This document shows, piece after piece, positions 1 through 8,816 of a stretch of 44,578 nucleotides of DNA. The position numbers and the translations under genes were made by a program. Source of the DNA: Candidatus Moraniibacteriota bacterium (GTDB lineage Bacteria; Patescibacteriota; Minisyncoccia; Moranbacterales; UBA1568). The notes beneath the pieces are model-generated. The model did not search any database. It saw only the letters and a program-made list of their open reading frames with translations, and was not told the origin of the DNA. Position 1 is the first letter of the stretch; the number at the start of each line of letters is the position of its first letter. The stretch covers positions 1 through 44,578 of the forward strand of contig JBATLQ010000015.1 in NCBI GenBank assembly GCA_049289395.1, written 5' to 3'.

Positions 1-366
1 ACGAATGGGAGCGCGTTATTGCAGGATCAAATTCAACCACTTCTCATGAAAGATCAGACATGTGCGTCTCATTTCACGACCCTGGGAGAGCTCGAGCCTG
101 TCGCGACATATATCGCCTCACAAGAGAAAGTCGGAGAGCGGATCTCTTTTCGCGGAGATCAAGATCTCCATGTTATTTATTATCCACTCGCCTATCTCTT
201 GCAGAAATATGGTATCGGTTCGAAGGAGCTTGGAAGAAGCCTTGATCTCCCCGAAGATGGAAGTCACGCGTATCTTATCAGCTGCAAACTCAATTGGAGG
301 GAGGCATATCCGTATCAGGCAGTCGATGGATTCTTTGTTATCCGTATGGATAAGCAAGGAGAGTAA
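1..366 (+). CDS. 3' end of a CDS cut by the window edge; hypothetical protein
   Basis: Frame 1 is open from base 1 to TAA at 364-366 (the ORF track starts it at TTG 19). No motif recognised. Confidence 0.4.
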   Translation, partial: TNGSALLQDQIQPLLMKDQTCASHFTTLGELEPVATYIASQEKVGERISFRGDQDLHVIYYPLAYLLQKYGIGSKELGRSLDLPEDGSHAYLISCKLNWREAYPYQAVDGFFVIRMDKQGE

Positions 367-440
367 TCATCAGGGTGAAATGAGGTTTGTGTTGTATTAT
401 AATGAGGAGGGTATAGGAGGAGAGTCTATGTAAAACGAAT

Positions 441-2771
441 ATGGGAAAAAATATGGGGTTGACCGACGAGGAAGCTGAGAAGATCAACCAGACATCAGGA
501 CTCAATGAAATCAGAGAAGAAAAGCCGGGGCTATTTCGGAAGTTTTTCCGGTGGTTTATTTCTCCGATTGCGCTGATGCTCCTTGCCGCTGCCGTACTCT
601 CATTGTTCATTGATAAATCATTTGATTTTTATTTTATCCTCGTTCTCATGCTCATTAATTTTTCTGTCGGTTTTTGGCAAGAAAAAAAGGCGGATCATGC
701 GATTGAGAAATTGAGTCAGAAGCTCTCAATTGAGGTGAAAGTTCTCCGGGGTGGGGAGTGGAAATGGATGAATGCTCGGTATCTTGCTGTCGGCGATTTC
801 ATTGAGATGAATATGGGAGATATCGTCCCGGCAGATGTGAAGGTATCGGAGGAAAAAAATCTCAGTATTAATGAAGCCGCTCTTACTGGCGAGTCTTTAC
901 CAAAAGACAAGTCCGCGGGAGACACTTGTTTTTCCGGATCTTTCGTCGCAGTCGGTTTCGCACGAGCCGAAGTCATCGCCACTGGGCGTAGCACTTACTT
1001 CGGCAATATCCTCACTTCGATTGACAAAACCTATAGGCCGAGTCTTTTGGAGCGGGACATCTTGAGTATTTCTCAGTGGTTGACCGCTCTCAGTCTGGCG
1101 GCCGCGGTGATTTTGACCGTGGTGTTCATATTTCAGGGGAAGCCTCTTCTTGAAATCTTGACGCTGGATCTGAGTTTATTCATTGCTGGGATTCCGATTA
1201 GCTTGCCAACGGTGATGACGCTCATCATCAGTTTCGGAGTCGTCGGTCTCGCCAAGAAGAAAACGATTGTGCGTCGCCTGTCTGCTCTTGAGGATTTGGC
1301 AAATGTAAACCTGCTTTTGAGTGACAAGACGGGGACATTGACCAAAAATGAAATTGTTGTTGAAAAGATCATTGCTTACGGAAATTTTTCCGAAGAAGAT
1401 GCGCTCATGTTCACATCCTGTACGACGCGAGATGGCGATCGCAATCCGATTAACATTGCCGTGAGGAAAAAAGTAGCCGAATTACAGTGTTCCACGGATC
1501 ATGAGATACTCGATTTTTCCCCGTTCGATTCTGAGCGAAAGAGAAGTAGTGCGAAGGTGATGTTTCAGGGGAAGCATTTGTCGATTCGGGTGGGGGCTGC
1601 ACAGGTGATCCGGTCTTTTTGCGATTTGGATGATGTTGCTGCCAAGAAATTCGAGCGAGATGTCGCTCAGGCGGCAGAGACGGGGTATCGGACGGTCGCC
1701 GTATCGGTGAAGGATTATGCCAGTGGCAAGACCACTATGGATTTGTGCGGACTTCTTTTGTTCTCCGATTCATTGGAAAAAGGGGCGAAGCATACGACGG
1801 AGTTTATCCGAGAAAATGGAATACAGATTAAGATGCTTACGGGGGACAATATCGCTATTGCCGAGCGAATCGCCGGAGAGCTTGATCTCGAAGGCATAAC
1901 GACGAGTGAGAAACGCCTCGAGAAGAATCTCAAAAATCTTTCGCCTGAAGAATTCGATCGTATGGGCGTATTCGCAGAGATTCTTCCGATCGACAAGTAT
2001 CATTTGGTGAAAATCGCCCAGAGGAAGTATGTCGTCGCGGTGACCGGTGATGGGGTGAATGATCTCCCCGCGCTTAAGGCTGCCGATGTGAGCATTGCGG
2101 TGAAGAATGCTGTAGATGCGTTGAAGAGCGTGGCGGACTTGAACCTCTTGGGACATGGGATATCGGTTATTCAGGATGCGATCATCGAATCGAGGAAGAT
2201 CTTCGCGCGACTCTATGCGTATTCCGTGTATCGGATTTCTGAAAGTTTTCGGGTGGTATTGACGATCGCTGTTTTGGGGGTTGTGTACGGTGTGTATCCT
2301 TTGCAACCTATTCAACTCATACTCCTCGCTCTGCTCAATGATATTCCGATCATTTCTCTCGCTTTCAATCGGGTGAAGATCGCGACTCAGCCGTCGAAAA
2401 TCAATGTCAAATCGAGACTACTGCTGAGTTCGCTTTTCGGATGTGTCGGTCTTGCCAATAGCGTTCTTTTCGTCATGATCCTGCGAGGGATTCTCCATTT
2501 GGATTGGGAGGTAATTCAGACATTATTTTTTCTGAAACTGACGGTATCCGGACACATGCTCATTTATGTCGCGCATACGAGGGAGCGTTGGTATCGGTAT
2601 CTGCCGAGCTCGCCGGTTATCTGGGCGACCACCGCGACACAAGGAATCGCGACGCTGTTTGCCGCACTCGGTATTTTTATGCCCGCTGTTTCGGCTCCGC
2701 TCATTCTGTTTGTCTGGGTGTGGGCATTTTTTTGGATGCAGGTTTCCGAACTCATGAAGGGCATTCGATGA
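441..2771 (+). CDS. P-type cation ATPase, type IIIA (H+-ATPase-like)
   Basis: 776 aa. Motifs: GDIVPAD, ALTGESLP, phosphorylation site SDKTGTLTKN, MLTGDN, TGDGVNDLPALKAADVSIAV. The N-terminus GLTDEEAEKI..GLNEI and the size resemble prokaryotic H+/Mg-type pumps. Confidence 0.85.
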   Translation: MGKNMGLTDEEAEKINQTSGLNEIREEKPGLFRKFFRWFISPIALMLLAAAVLSLFIDKSFDFYFILVLMLINFSVGFWQEKKADHAIEKLSQKLSIEVKVLRGGEWKWMNARYLAVGDFIEMNMGDIVPADVKVSEEKNLSINEAALTGESLPKDKSAGDTCFSGSFVAVGFARAEVIATGRSTYFGNILTSIDKTYRPSLLERDILSISQWLTALSLAAAVILTVVFIFQGKPLLEILTLDLSLFIAGIPISLPTVMTLIISFGVVGLAKKKTIVRRLSALEDLANVNLLLSDKTGTLTKNEIVVEKIIAYGNFSEEDALMFTSCTTRDGDRNPINIAVRKKVAELQCSTDHEILDFSPFDSERKRSSAKVMFQGKHLSIRVGAAQVIRSFCDLDDVAAKKFERDVAQAAETGYRTVAVSVKDYASGKTTMDLCGLLLFSDSLEKGAKHTTEFIRENGIQIKMLTGDNIAIAERIAGELDLEGITTSEKRLEKNLKNLSPEEFDRMGVFAEILPIDKYHLVKIAQRKYVVAVTGDGVNDLPALKAADVSIAVKNAVDALKSVADLNLLGHGISVIQDAIIESRKIFARLYAYSVYRISESFRVVLTIAVLGVVYGVYPLQPIQLILLALLNDIPIISLAFNRVKIATQPSKINVKSRLLLSSLFGCVGLANSVLFVMILRGILHLDWEVIQTLFFLKLTVSGHMLIYVAHTRERWYRYLPSSPVIWATTATQGIATLFAALGIFMPAVSAPLILFVWVWAFFWMQVSELMKGIR

Positions 2772-2904
2772 AAACCACTTTTCTTCCCGGATGAATACCA
2801 GATATGGTTTTTGTCGTGTGATCCTTATATCCCTGATTGTGGCGGAGAGCATTTTTATTTAGGGCTTATTGGCGGTATTTCTCCAATGTCTGAAGGGAAG
2901 AATA

Positions 2905-2913
2905 TGCTACAAT
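2905..2913 (+). promoter_or_regulatory. extended -10 promoter element TGcTACAAT
   Basis: tatGCTACAAT at 2903-2913, the same 11-mer as at 9148-9158. It overlaps the ORF-track ATG at 2912, which argues that the real start is ATG 2975. Confidence 0.4.
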
Positions 2914-2974
2914 GCAATCGAAGAAGAGTGTGAGGGCGCCATCCTGGCAGAGCGTTATCCATAAGCATATTCAT

Positions 2975-3316
2975 ATGAAAAATTTTGTTGTGATTATCTT
3001 GATGGGAATGATGCTCACCTTTCTCGTGGTGACGAATACCGCGGTCGTCCCGATCCATTTCTTTTCTCTCTCGCTTCAGGTCGCCCTCCCATTGGTGCTG
3101 ACCTTCCCGACGGGGGTCGCGCTTCTCTGTTTTTCGTTTTATCACATGCATCAAATGCGCAAGGTTTCCATCGTGATTCGTACGCTGGAGAATGATTTAC
3201 AGAGTGAACAGGAGGGTGTCATTGAAGTGACGCGGCGGGTGCATGAATTGGAATTGGAAAATCGGAAATTGAAAATTCGATTGGGCGATGAAAGTATCGA
3301 CGAGGACTCTCTATGA
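2975..3316 (+). CDS. small membrane protein, LapA-domain (DUF1049)-like, with C-terminal coiled coil
   Basis: MKNFVVIILMGMMLTFLVV..VPIHFFSLSLQVALPLVL gives two TM helices, followed by a heptad-like ELELENRKLKIRL tail. Start moved to internal ATG 2975. Confidence 0.5.
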   Translation: MKNFVVIILMGMMLTFLVVTNTAVVPIHFFSLSLQVALPLVLTFPTGVALLCFSFYHMHQMRKVSIVIRTLENDLQSEQEGVIEVTRRVHELELENRKLKIRLGDESIDEDSL

Positions 3317-3834
3317 GAAAGATTTTACTCATACTGTGGAAAAAATTAAATTTCTCGAAGCATTTCCAGCTTCGTATCATCCGATTGTTTCAGGATCAGT
3401 TTCTCATCGGTGTGACGGGACTTATTTTTAACGAAAAAAACGAGGTGCTTCTTTTTCGTCATACCTATCGGCAACGGGCTTGGAGTTTGCCTGGCGGATA
3501 TATGAATAAGCAGGAACATCCGAAGGAGGCGCTGATTCGGGAGATCAAGGAAGAGTCCGGGATGACGGTGAGTATCGATTGGCGGATGAAAGTGCGTACC
3601 GACCGGGAGACCGCGCGTCTCGATATGCCGTATATCGGAACCTATATCGGGGGAGATTTCGTTCCGTCGGCAGAAGTGGTCGCGGCAAGATTTTGCTCGC
3701 TGAAAAATCTCCCGCCGATTCGCCGGGATCAGTTGTTTTTCATCGAAAGCGCGCTCGAACAGCGCAAACTCTTTTTTTCGAAATCAAATTCATCGAAGCA
3801 CCATGCCGAGCGAAAACAAATCGCCCATTTGTGA
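3313..3834 (+). CDS. NUDIX hydrolase
   Basis: Perfect Nudix box GYMNKQEHPKEALIREIKEESGM (Gx5Ex7REUxEExGU). ATGA start/stop overlap with the preceding gene. Confidence 0.85.
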   Translation: MRKILLILWKKLNFSKHFQLRIIRLFQDQFLIGVTGLIFNEKNEVLLFRHTYRQRAWSLPGGYMNKQEHPKEALIREIKEESGMTVSIDWRMKVRTDRETARLDMPYIGTYIGGDFVPSAEVVAARFCSLKNLPPIRRDQLFFIESALEQRKLFFSKSNSSKHHAERKQIAHL

Positions 3835-3894
3835 TAGGGGGGCGTAGAATTATTTTGTGAAAGGAGGGAGTGGGTGAATCGGTTATATCGAACG

Positions 3895-3922
3895 GCGCTC
3901 GAAGGGGAGCGCTTTTTCTTTT
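3895..3922 (+). terminator. intrinsic terminator
   Basis: GCGCTC-gaaggg-GAGCGC stem-loop followed by TTTTTCTTTT. Confidence 0.6.
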
Positions 3923-3967
3923 CAATAAAAAACGGAGAAAGAACGCGGTATATTTGATTCTCGGAGT

Positions 3968-4032
3968 ATGTAAAGTTGACTTGACATGATAGATGGCGAG
4001 CGTATACTGGATATGTATAGTCAGCTTTACAT
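3968..4032 (+). promoter_or_regulatory. promoter TTGACA-16-TATACT flanked by a 13-bp inverted repeat (candidate operator)
   Basis: TTGACA 3981-3986, TATACT 4003-4008. ATGTAAAGTTGAC (3968-3980) and GTCAGCTTTACAT (4020-4032) are reverse complements with 1 mismatch. Confidence 0.5.
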
Positions 4033-4037
4033 TTCGT

Positions 4038-4250
4038 ATGGAAGGAATTATCGAAAACAGGATTGAGCATTTCCGTCAGAAGGCAGGGGTGACTCAGGAA
4101 GAGCTGGCGCATGCAGTCGGAGTGACGCGTCAGACGATTATCGCGCTCGAGAAGGGGAATTATACACCGTCGGTTCTGCTTGCTCTCCGCGTGGCGAAAT
4201 TTTTTCGGAAGTCCGTAGAGCAATTGTTTCACATCGCTCCACCGTGCTAA
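4038..4250 (+). CDS. XRE/Cro-family helix-turn-helix transcriptional regulator (small, about 70 aa)
   Basis: [48 protein letters not shown] is a canonical HTH_3/HTH_26 pattern. Start set at ATG 4038 (MEGIIENRI). Confidence 0.8.
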   Translation: MEGIIENRIEHFRQKAGVTQEELAHAVGVTRQTIIALEKGNYTPSVLLALRVAKFFRKSVEQLFHIAPPC

Positions 4251-4270
4251 TACCATAACAACAGGCATAT

Positions 4271-4636
4271 ATGATGTCGAAATTTTTCTCAGAAACCGTA
4301 GTCGCGACGACGCTCGTCATTATCCTTATCTGGTTCATCAATCCGTTCGGCTTCCTCATGACGACGACTTTCCATATGACCCTGCTCGGACTCATCGTGG
4401 CGCTCTTCGCTATTTTCGCGATGTTCCTGTGGCGGGAAACCGTGGAGGATGAACGAGAACAACTCATTCGGTTCATCGCGACGCGCTTCGCGTATACGAC
4501 GGTCGGATCGGTACTCCTCATCGGGACGATTCTGCAGGCACTCTCACATGAAATTGATCCATGGATACCGTTCGCACTTACCAGTATGGTGATCGCGAAA
4601 ATAATCGGTCGATGGTATGCCAAAGAGCGATATTAA
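4271..4636 (+). CDS. integral membrane protein (3-4 TM), partner of the small HTH regulator
   Basis: Hydrophobic segments VVATTLVIILIWFI, LLGLIVALFAIFAMFLW, VGSVLLIGTIL and IPFALTSMVIAKII. It lies 20 nt after the HTH gene. Confidence 0.55.
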   Translation: MMSKFFSETVVATTLVIILIWFINPFGFLMTTTFHMTLLGLIVALFAIFAMFLWRETVEDEREQLIRFIATRFAYTTVGSVLLIGTILQALSHEIDPWIPFALTSMVIAKIIGRWYAKERY

Positions 4637-4657
4637 TAAGCATAATGAAAAACGAAT

Positions 4658-5260
4658 ATGAATAAAGGAATTTTCGTCGTAGGGGGGTTGGTCGTGGTGG
4701 CAGTAGTCGGGAGCTGGTGGTACCTCTCTTCGGAGAAGGCTATGGAAGAAAAAGCGATGATGGCGGAGAAAGCGGCTATGGAAGAGAAGGTCATGATGGA
4801 ACAGAAGGCGATGAAGGAGAAGTCCGCCGCCGATATGGCCATGCAGGAGAAAGCGGCGATGGAAAAAAAGACAGCGATGCAACAGGAGATTCCTCCTGTC
4901 ACGGGGAATGAGGCGATGATGAAGAAAGAAGAAAGCGCGATGATGATAAAAGGGGGTCAGTATATGCCCTATGATGCATCGAAGCTCGCCTTCGCGAAGG
5001 ATGGCAAGGTGGTACTCTTCTTCCGTGCATCCTGGTGTCCGACTTGTCGCGCTTTGGATGCCGATATCAAGGCGAAACTGAGTCAGATTCCGCAAAATGT
5101 ACTTATCCTCGATGTCGATTATGATAAGTACACGGATCTGAAGAAGCAGTATGGAGTGACCTATCAGCATACTTTGGTGCAGGTGGATACCTCGGGCAAT
5201 ATGATAACCAAATGGTCCGGGAGTGCGGATCTGGGTGAGCTCTTGAAGCAGGTGAAATAA
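4658..5260 (+). CDS. membrane-anchored thioredoxin-family protein with Met/Lys/Glu-rich linker
   Basis: N-terminal TM GIFVVGGLVVVAVVGSWWY, then a Met-rich low-complexity segment, then a C-terminal Trx fold with WCPTC. Confidence 0.8.
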   Translation: MNKGIFVVGGLVVVAVVGSWWYLSSEKAMEEKAMMAEKAAMEEKVMMEQKAMKEKSAADMAMQEKAAMEKKTAMQQEIPPVTGNEAMMKKEESAMMIKGGQYMPYDASKLAFAKDGKVVLFFRASWCPTCRALDADIKAKLSQIPQNVLILDVDYDKYTDLKKQYGVTYQHTLVQVDTSGNMITKWSGSADLGELLKQVK

Positions 5261-5323
5261 GTAGTCCGAAACAGAGGGAGTCCCTCGGGGGCTCCCTTCT
5301 TTCGTAATATTGAGAAAAAAAGT

Positions 5324-6589
5324 ATGACCGTTCTTCTCTTGTTCGCATTTTTCTCTGGCGTGGTCACGATTTTCGCCCCGTGTATCTGGCCGATACTTCC
5401 TATCGTGCTCTCGGCCGGCGCGTCGGGCGGAGAGCGGAAACCACTCGGTATCGTGGTCGGACTCTCGGTGAGTTTCATGCTCATCACGCTCGCGCTCGCT
5501 TCTCTCGTCCGGGTCATTCCCTTCGATCCGAATGTACTTCGTCTCTTGGCGGTCGGTATCATCGCGTTTCTCGGTCTCACGCTGATTATCCCGGCACTCG
5601 GAGCGAGGCTCGAGGCATGGGTCAGTCGATTGGGAGGACTCGGTGGGCGGTTCACGAATAATTCGGGCACTGGATTTGGAAGTGGTTTCATCACTGGATT
5701 CGCATTGGGAGTCGTCTGGTCGCCCTGTGCGGGCCCGATACTCGCTACGGTCGCGACTCTCGCCGCGACGCAGGCCGTGAGTTTCAAAGTCATCCTCATC
5801 ACGCTCGCTTTCGTCTCCGGAGTTGCTGTGCCACTCTTCATACTGGCCGTCCTGGGGCAGAAAGTTCTGAGCAAGACGAGAATGTTTTCAAAATATACGG
5901 GATTGATTCAGCGGGTATTCGGAGTGATTATGATTCTCGCGGCACTCGCTATCTTCACGGGGTATGACAAGATCCTGCAGACGAAATTGCTCGATACTTT
6001 TCCGAAATATGAGAATTTCCTGAATGGTCTGGAGAAAAATCCAACCGTACGACAGAAGCTGGATGAGTTGAAGCAGGAGAGTCCTCGCGAGGGAGCGCCT
6101 GCGGAGGGCGATTCGCGAAAGGCTACGAAGAGCGACCTCCCGGTGTACGGGGTCGCACCGGAATTTACCGGTATCACACATTGGCTGAATACGGATACAC
6201 CACTGACGATGAAAGAGTTGCGGGGAAAAGTAGTGCTCGTGGATTTCTGGACTTATAGCTGTATCAATTGTATCCGGACACTCCCGTTCGTGACGAGTTG
6301 GTATGAGAAGTATAGAGACCGAGGATTCGTGGTGGTGGGGGTGCATACACCGGAATTCGAATTCGAGAAGAAGACCGCGAATGTCGAGAATGCTCTGAGG
6401 CAGTATGGTATACACTACCCGGTTGCGCAGGACAATGATTTCGGGACATGGAGGGCGTATAAGAATCAATATTGGCCGGCGCATTACCTCATCGATACCG
6501 AGGGGAGAATCCGTGAATATCATTTTGGCGAAGGGAATTATGCGGAAACGGAACGAGCTATTCAGAGTCTCCTCGATGAGATGAAGTGA
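5324..6589 (+). CDS. DipZ-like fusion: CcdA/DsbD transmembrane electron transporter plus C-terminal thioredoxin-like (TlpA/redoxin) domain
   Basis: Membrane-embedded Cys motifs FAPCIWPILP and WSPCAGPIL. C-terminal domain has FWTYSCINCIRTLP (CxxC). Confidence 0.85.
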   Translation: MTVLLLFAFFSGVVTIFAPCIWPILPIVLSAGASGGERKPLGIVVGLSVSFMLITLALASLVRVIPFDPNVLRLLAVGIIAFLGLTLIIPALGARLEAWVSRLGGLGGRFTNNSGTGFGSGFITGFALGVVWSPCAGPILATVATLAATQAVSFKVILITLAFVSGVAVPLFILAVLGQKVLSKTRMFSKYTGLIQRVFGVIMILAALAIFTGYDKILQTKLLDTFPKYENFLNGLEKNPTVRQKLDELKQESPREGAPAEGDSRKATKSDLPVYGVAPEFTGITHWLNTDTPLTMKELRGKVVLVDFWTYSCINCIRTLPFVTSWYEKYRDRGFVVVGVHTPEFEFEKKTANVENALRQYGIHYPVAQDNDFGTWRAYKNQYWPAHYLIDTEGRIREYHFGEGNYAETERAIQSLLDEMK

Positions 6590-6628
6590 GAGCAGAAGGA
6601 CTCGAGGGTAATTATTCTGAGAACACTT

Positions 6629-7843
6629 ATGAATATATCGCGATGGAGTATAGGGATGTTTCTTGTCGGAGCGATTGTTGTCGGCGGGGTCTTTCTCTCG
6701 GGAAAGTATCGAAGTGTTTCGGATATCAAGATTCCGAGTATTCCGAAGCAGAGCTGTTTGGAAAAAAATAACGAAAAACATATGAAAAAAACGACCGAAG
6801 AACTCGCACAGTACAAAAAGGCATACTTCGCTGGCGGGTGTTTCTGGTGTACGGAATCGGATCTGCAGAAAGCGCCGGGCGTTATCGAGGTGGTATCGGG
6901 TTATGCCGGCGGTCATATCGAGAATCCTACCTATGGTGATGTCACGAGTGAGCAGAGCGGTCATCGGGAGGCGGTGGAAGTGTATTACGATGATACGGTG
7001 ACGAATTTCGAGCGGCTCGTACAGTATCACCTCATGCATATCGATCCGACGGATGCGGGCGGGCAGTTTTATGATCGTGGCGAGAGTTACCAGGCGGTGA
7101 TCTTCTACACAACGGATGAAGAACGGTCGATTGTTGAAAAATCTCTCCGGGAGCTCGGCGATGCGCGGGTATTTGAAAAAACGATCGCCGTGAGGGTTCT
7201 CCCATACAAGAATTTCTATACGGCAGAGGAATATCACCAGAACTATGCCGAGGAGAATACCGTGAAGTACTGCGCGTATCGGGAATCAAGCGGACGGGAT
7301 GCATTCCTCCAGAAGTATTTCGGCGGGAAAACATGGGAGCAACTGACGATGTCATCCGTTTCTTCTGCCGTACAATCATCTGTTGACAAGAAAGATTTCT
7401 CGCATTTCGTGAAGCCAAGTGATGCGGAGTTGCGGGCAAAATTGACGGATATCCAATACGATGTCACACAGAAAAATGGCACGGAAAAGCCATTTCAGAA
7501 CGAGTACAATGAGAATCATGAAGCAGGAATCTATGTCGATATCGTCAGTGGCGAGGCTTTGTATTCATCGAGGGACAAATATGACAGTGGTACCGGTTGG
7601 CCGAGTTTCGTCCGACCAATTGATCCCGACTCTATTGTGGAGAAGGTTGATAATGGATTGTTCAGTACGCGTACTGAGATACGGAGTAAGTATGGTGATG
7701 ATCATCTCGGACATGTCTTCAATGATGGGCCGGCCGATCGCGGTGGCAAACGGTATTGTATGAATTCTGCTGCGCTCCGATTTATCCCTCTGGCAGATAT
7801 GGAGAAGGAAGGATATGGCGCGTATATTTCGAGCGTCGAGTAA
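6629..7843 (+). CDS. msrAB: membrane-anchored bifunctional methionine sulfoxide reductase MsrA-MsrB
   Basis: N-terminal anchor [16 protein letters not shown]. MsrA motif GGCFWCTE. MsrB motifs [17 protein letters not shown] and RYCMNSAAL. Confidence 0.9.
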   Translation: MNISRWSIGMFLVGAIVVGGVFLSGKYRSVSDIKIPSIPKQSCLEKNNEKHMKKTTEELAQYKKAYFAGGCFWCTESDLQKAPGVIEVVSGYAGGHIENPTYGDVTSEQSGHREAVEVYYDDTVTNFERLVQYHLMHIDPTDAGGQFYDRGESYQAVIFYTTDEERSIVEKSLRELGDARVFEKTIAVRVLPYKNFYTAEEYHQNYAEENTVKYCAYRESSGRDAFLQKYFGGKTWEQLTMSSVSSAVQSSVDKKDFSHFVKPSDAELRAKLTDIQYDVTQKNGTEKPFQNEYNENHEAGIYVDIVSGEALYSSRDKYDSGTGWPSFVRPIDPDSIVEKVDNGLFSTRTEIRSKYGDDHLGHVFNDGPADRGGKRYCMNSAALRFIPLADMEKEGYGAYISSVE

Positions 7844-8005
7844 TAGACCTGTTGCCTTATAAGCTCCAGTTAAAAATGCCATCTTTCGCCATATCCTTGG
7901 GAAAATATTTTTGGCTTAGCTTCGGCTAAACAAAAAATATTTTCCCAGCGGCTCTGTCTGAAATCTGCCGATTTTTACCAAGAAGCCTATAAGGCAACAG
8001 GTCTA
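7844..8005. repeat. 162-bp foldback (MITE-like) element, copy A
   Basis: Terminal inverted repeats TAGACCTGTTGCCTTATA / TATAAGGCAACAGGTCTA. The two halves are diverged reverse complements, with a central 22-bp hairpin at 7899-7946. Starts immediately after the msrAB stop. Confidence 0.85.
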
Positions 8006-8026
8006 ATGAACATTCACGGAAACTCA

Positions 8027-8035
8027 TGATATACT
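8027..8035 (+). promoter_or_regulatory. extended -10 element TGaTATACT upstream of cbiM
   Basis: tcaTGaTATACTgg lies 28 nt upstream of ATG 8064. Confidence 0.4.
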
Positions 8036-8063
8036 GGAGGAGTTATTATTCTATTCATGAGAT

Positions 8064-8816
8064 ATGCATATACCAGATGGATTCCTCAATAATGGGGTGG
8101 CAGGGAGTCTCATGGGAGCGGCGATCGGCGCGGTGGTTTTCTCGTTGCGAAAGGTTCGCAGGGGCTTCCTCGAGAAAGTGCCAGCACTGAAACAAAAGCT
8201 CGCGACTTTTCCTTCCTTTGATGGGAATTCGGAGATGAGCCTTCAGAATAGGATATCCAAAATGGGACAGGAGAAAATGTGGCGGATAGCGACCGTCGGA
8301 TCACTCATTTTCTCCGCACAGATGGTGAATTTCCCGATCAGTGGTGGGACATCGGGGCATTTGCTCGGGGGGGTACTCGCCGCACTCATCCTCGGACCGT
8401 TCGAGGCAATACTCGTCATGACGATTATCCTCTCGACGCAGGCATTGATGTTCGGAGATGGCGGTATGCTCGCTCTCGGTGCGAATATCTTCAATATGGG
8501 TATCGTCGGCGCGCTTGGCGGATATGGTTTTTTCCGTTTCCTTATGCGGGGGAAAATTGAGAAGAAAGGGTTTCTGCGAAGTGCATTTGTCGCGGCGTGG
8601 GTTTCGGTTATCGCTGCGAGTGTCGTTACTTCTTTTGAAATCGCTGTTTCCGGAACTCAGGATCTGTCAATCGTGCTCCCTGCTATGACACTGACGCATA
8701 TCGCTATCGGCTGTATGGAGGGAGTCATCACTGCCACCGCACTGTCCCTGTTGATGAAGAGAGGGTATCGGCTCGCAGTATTTGAAAAACAAGCACCAGA
8801 AACCTATGCAGAATAA
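8064..8816 (+). CDS. cbiM: ECF-type cobalt/nickel uptake substrate-capture component CbiM/NikM
   Basis: Hallmark N-terminus MHIPDGFL. Also FSAQMVNFPISGGTSGHLLGG and LMFGDGGMLALGANIFNMGIVG. Confidence 0.9.
   Translation: MHIPDGFLNNGVAGSLMGAAIGAVVFSLRKVRRGFLEKVPALKQKLATFPSFDGNSEMSLQNRISKMGQEKMWRIATVGSLIFSAQMVNFPISGGTSGHLLGGVLAALILGPFEAILVMTIILSTQALMFGDGGMLALGANIFNMGIVGALGGYGFFRFLMRGKIEKKGFLRSAFVAAWVSVIAASVVTSFEIAVSGTQDLSIVLPAMTLTHIAIGCMEGVITATALSLLMKRGYRLAVFEKQAPETYAE

Noticed and set aside
430-443. Identical 12-mer AAAACGAATATG at two start codons (432-443 and 4649-4660)
   Set aside because: There are only two occurrences, it is short and A-rich, and I see no associated structure. Probably coincidence.
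2912-2974. N-terminal extensions in the ORF track (2912, 3993, 8782, 19998, 24631, 26099, 31651, 36660)
   Set aside because: In each case the extension overlaps a promoter element, the upstream gene or repeat DNA. An internal ATG gives the expected family N-terminus (for example MTQKIYNTL for CysS and MEGIIENRI for the HTH protein).
5888-7237. 449-aa minus-strand ORF
   Set aside because: It lies antisense to the well-supported dipZ-like and msrAB genes. It is rich in R/H/I/F with no motif, a typical shadow ORF of a sense gene.
7876-7929. 17-codon ORF inside foldback copy A (MPSFAISLGKYFWLSFG), with a counterpart in copy B
   Set aside because: All three differences between the copies within it are nonsynonymous (S/P, G/R, F/Y), and there is no ribosome site. 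The RNA/DNA hairpin explains the conservation better.
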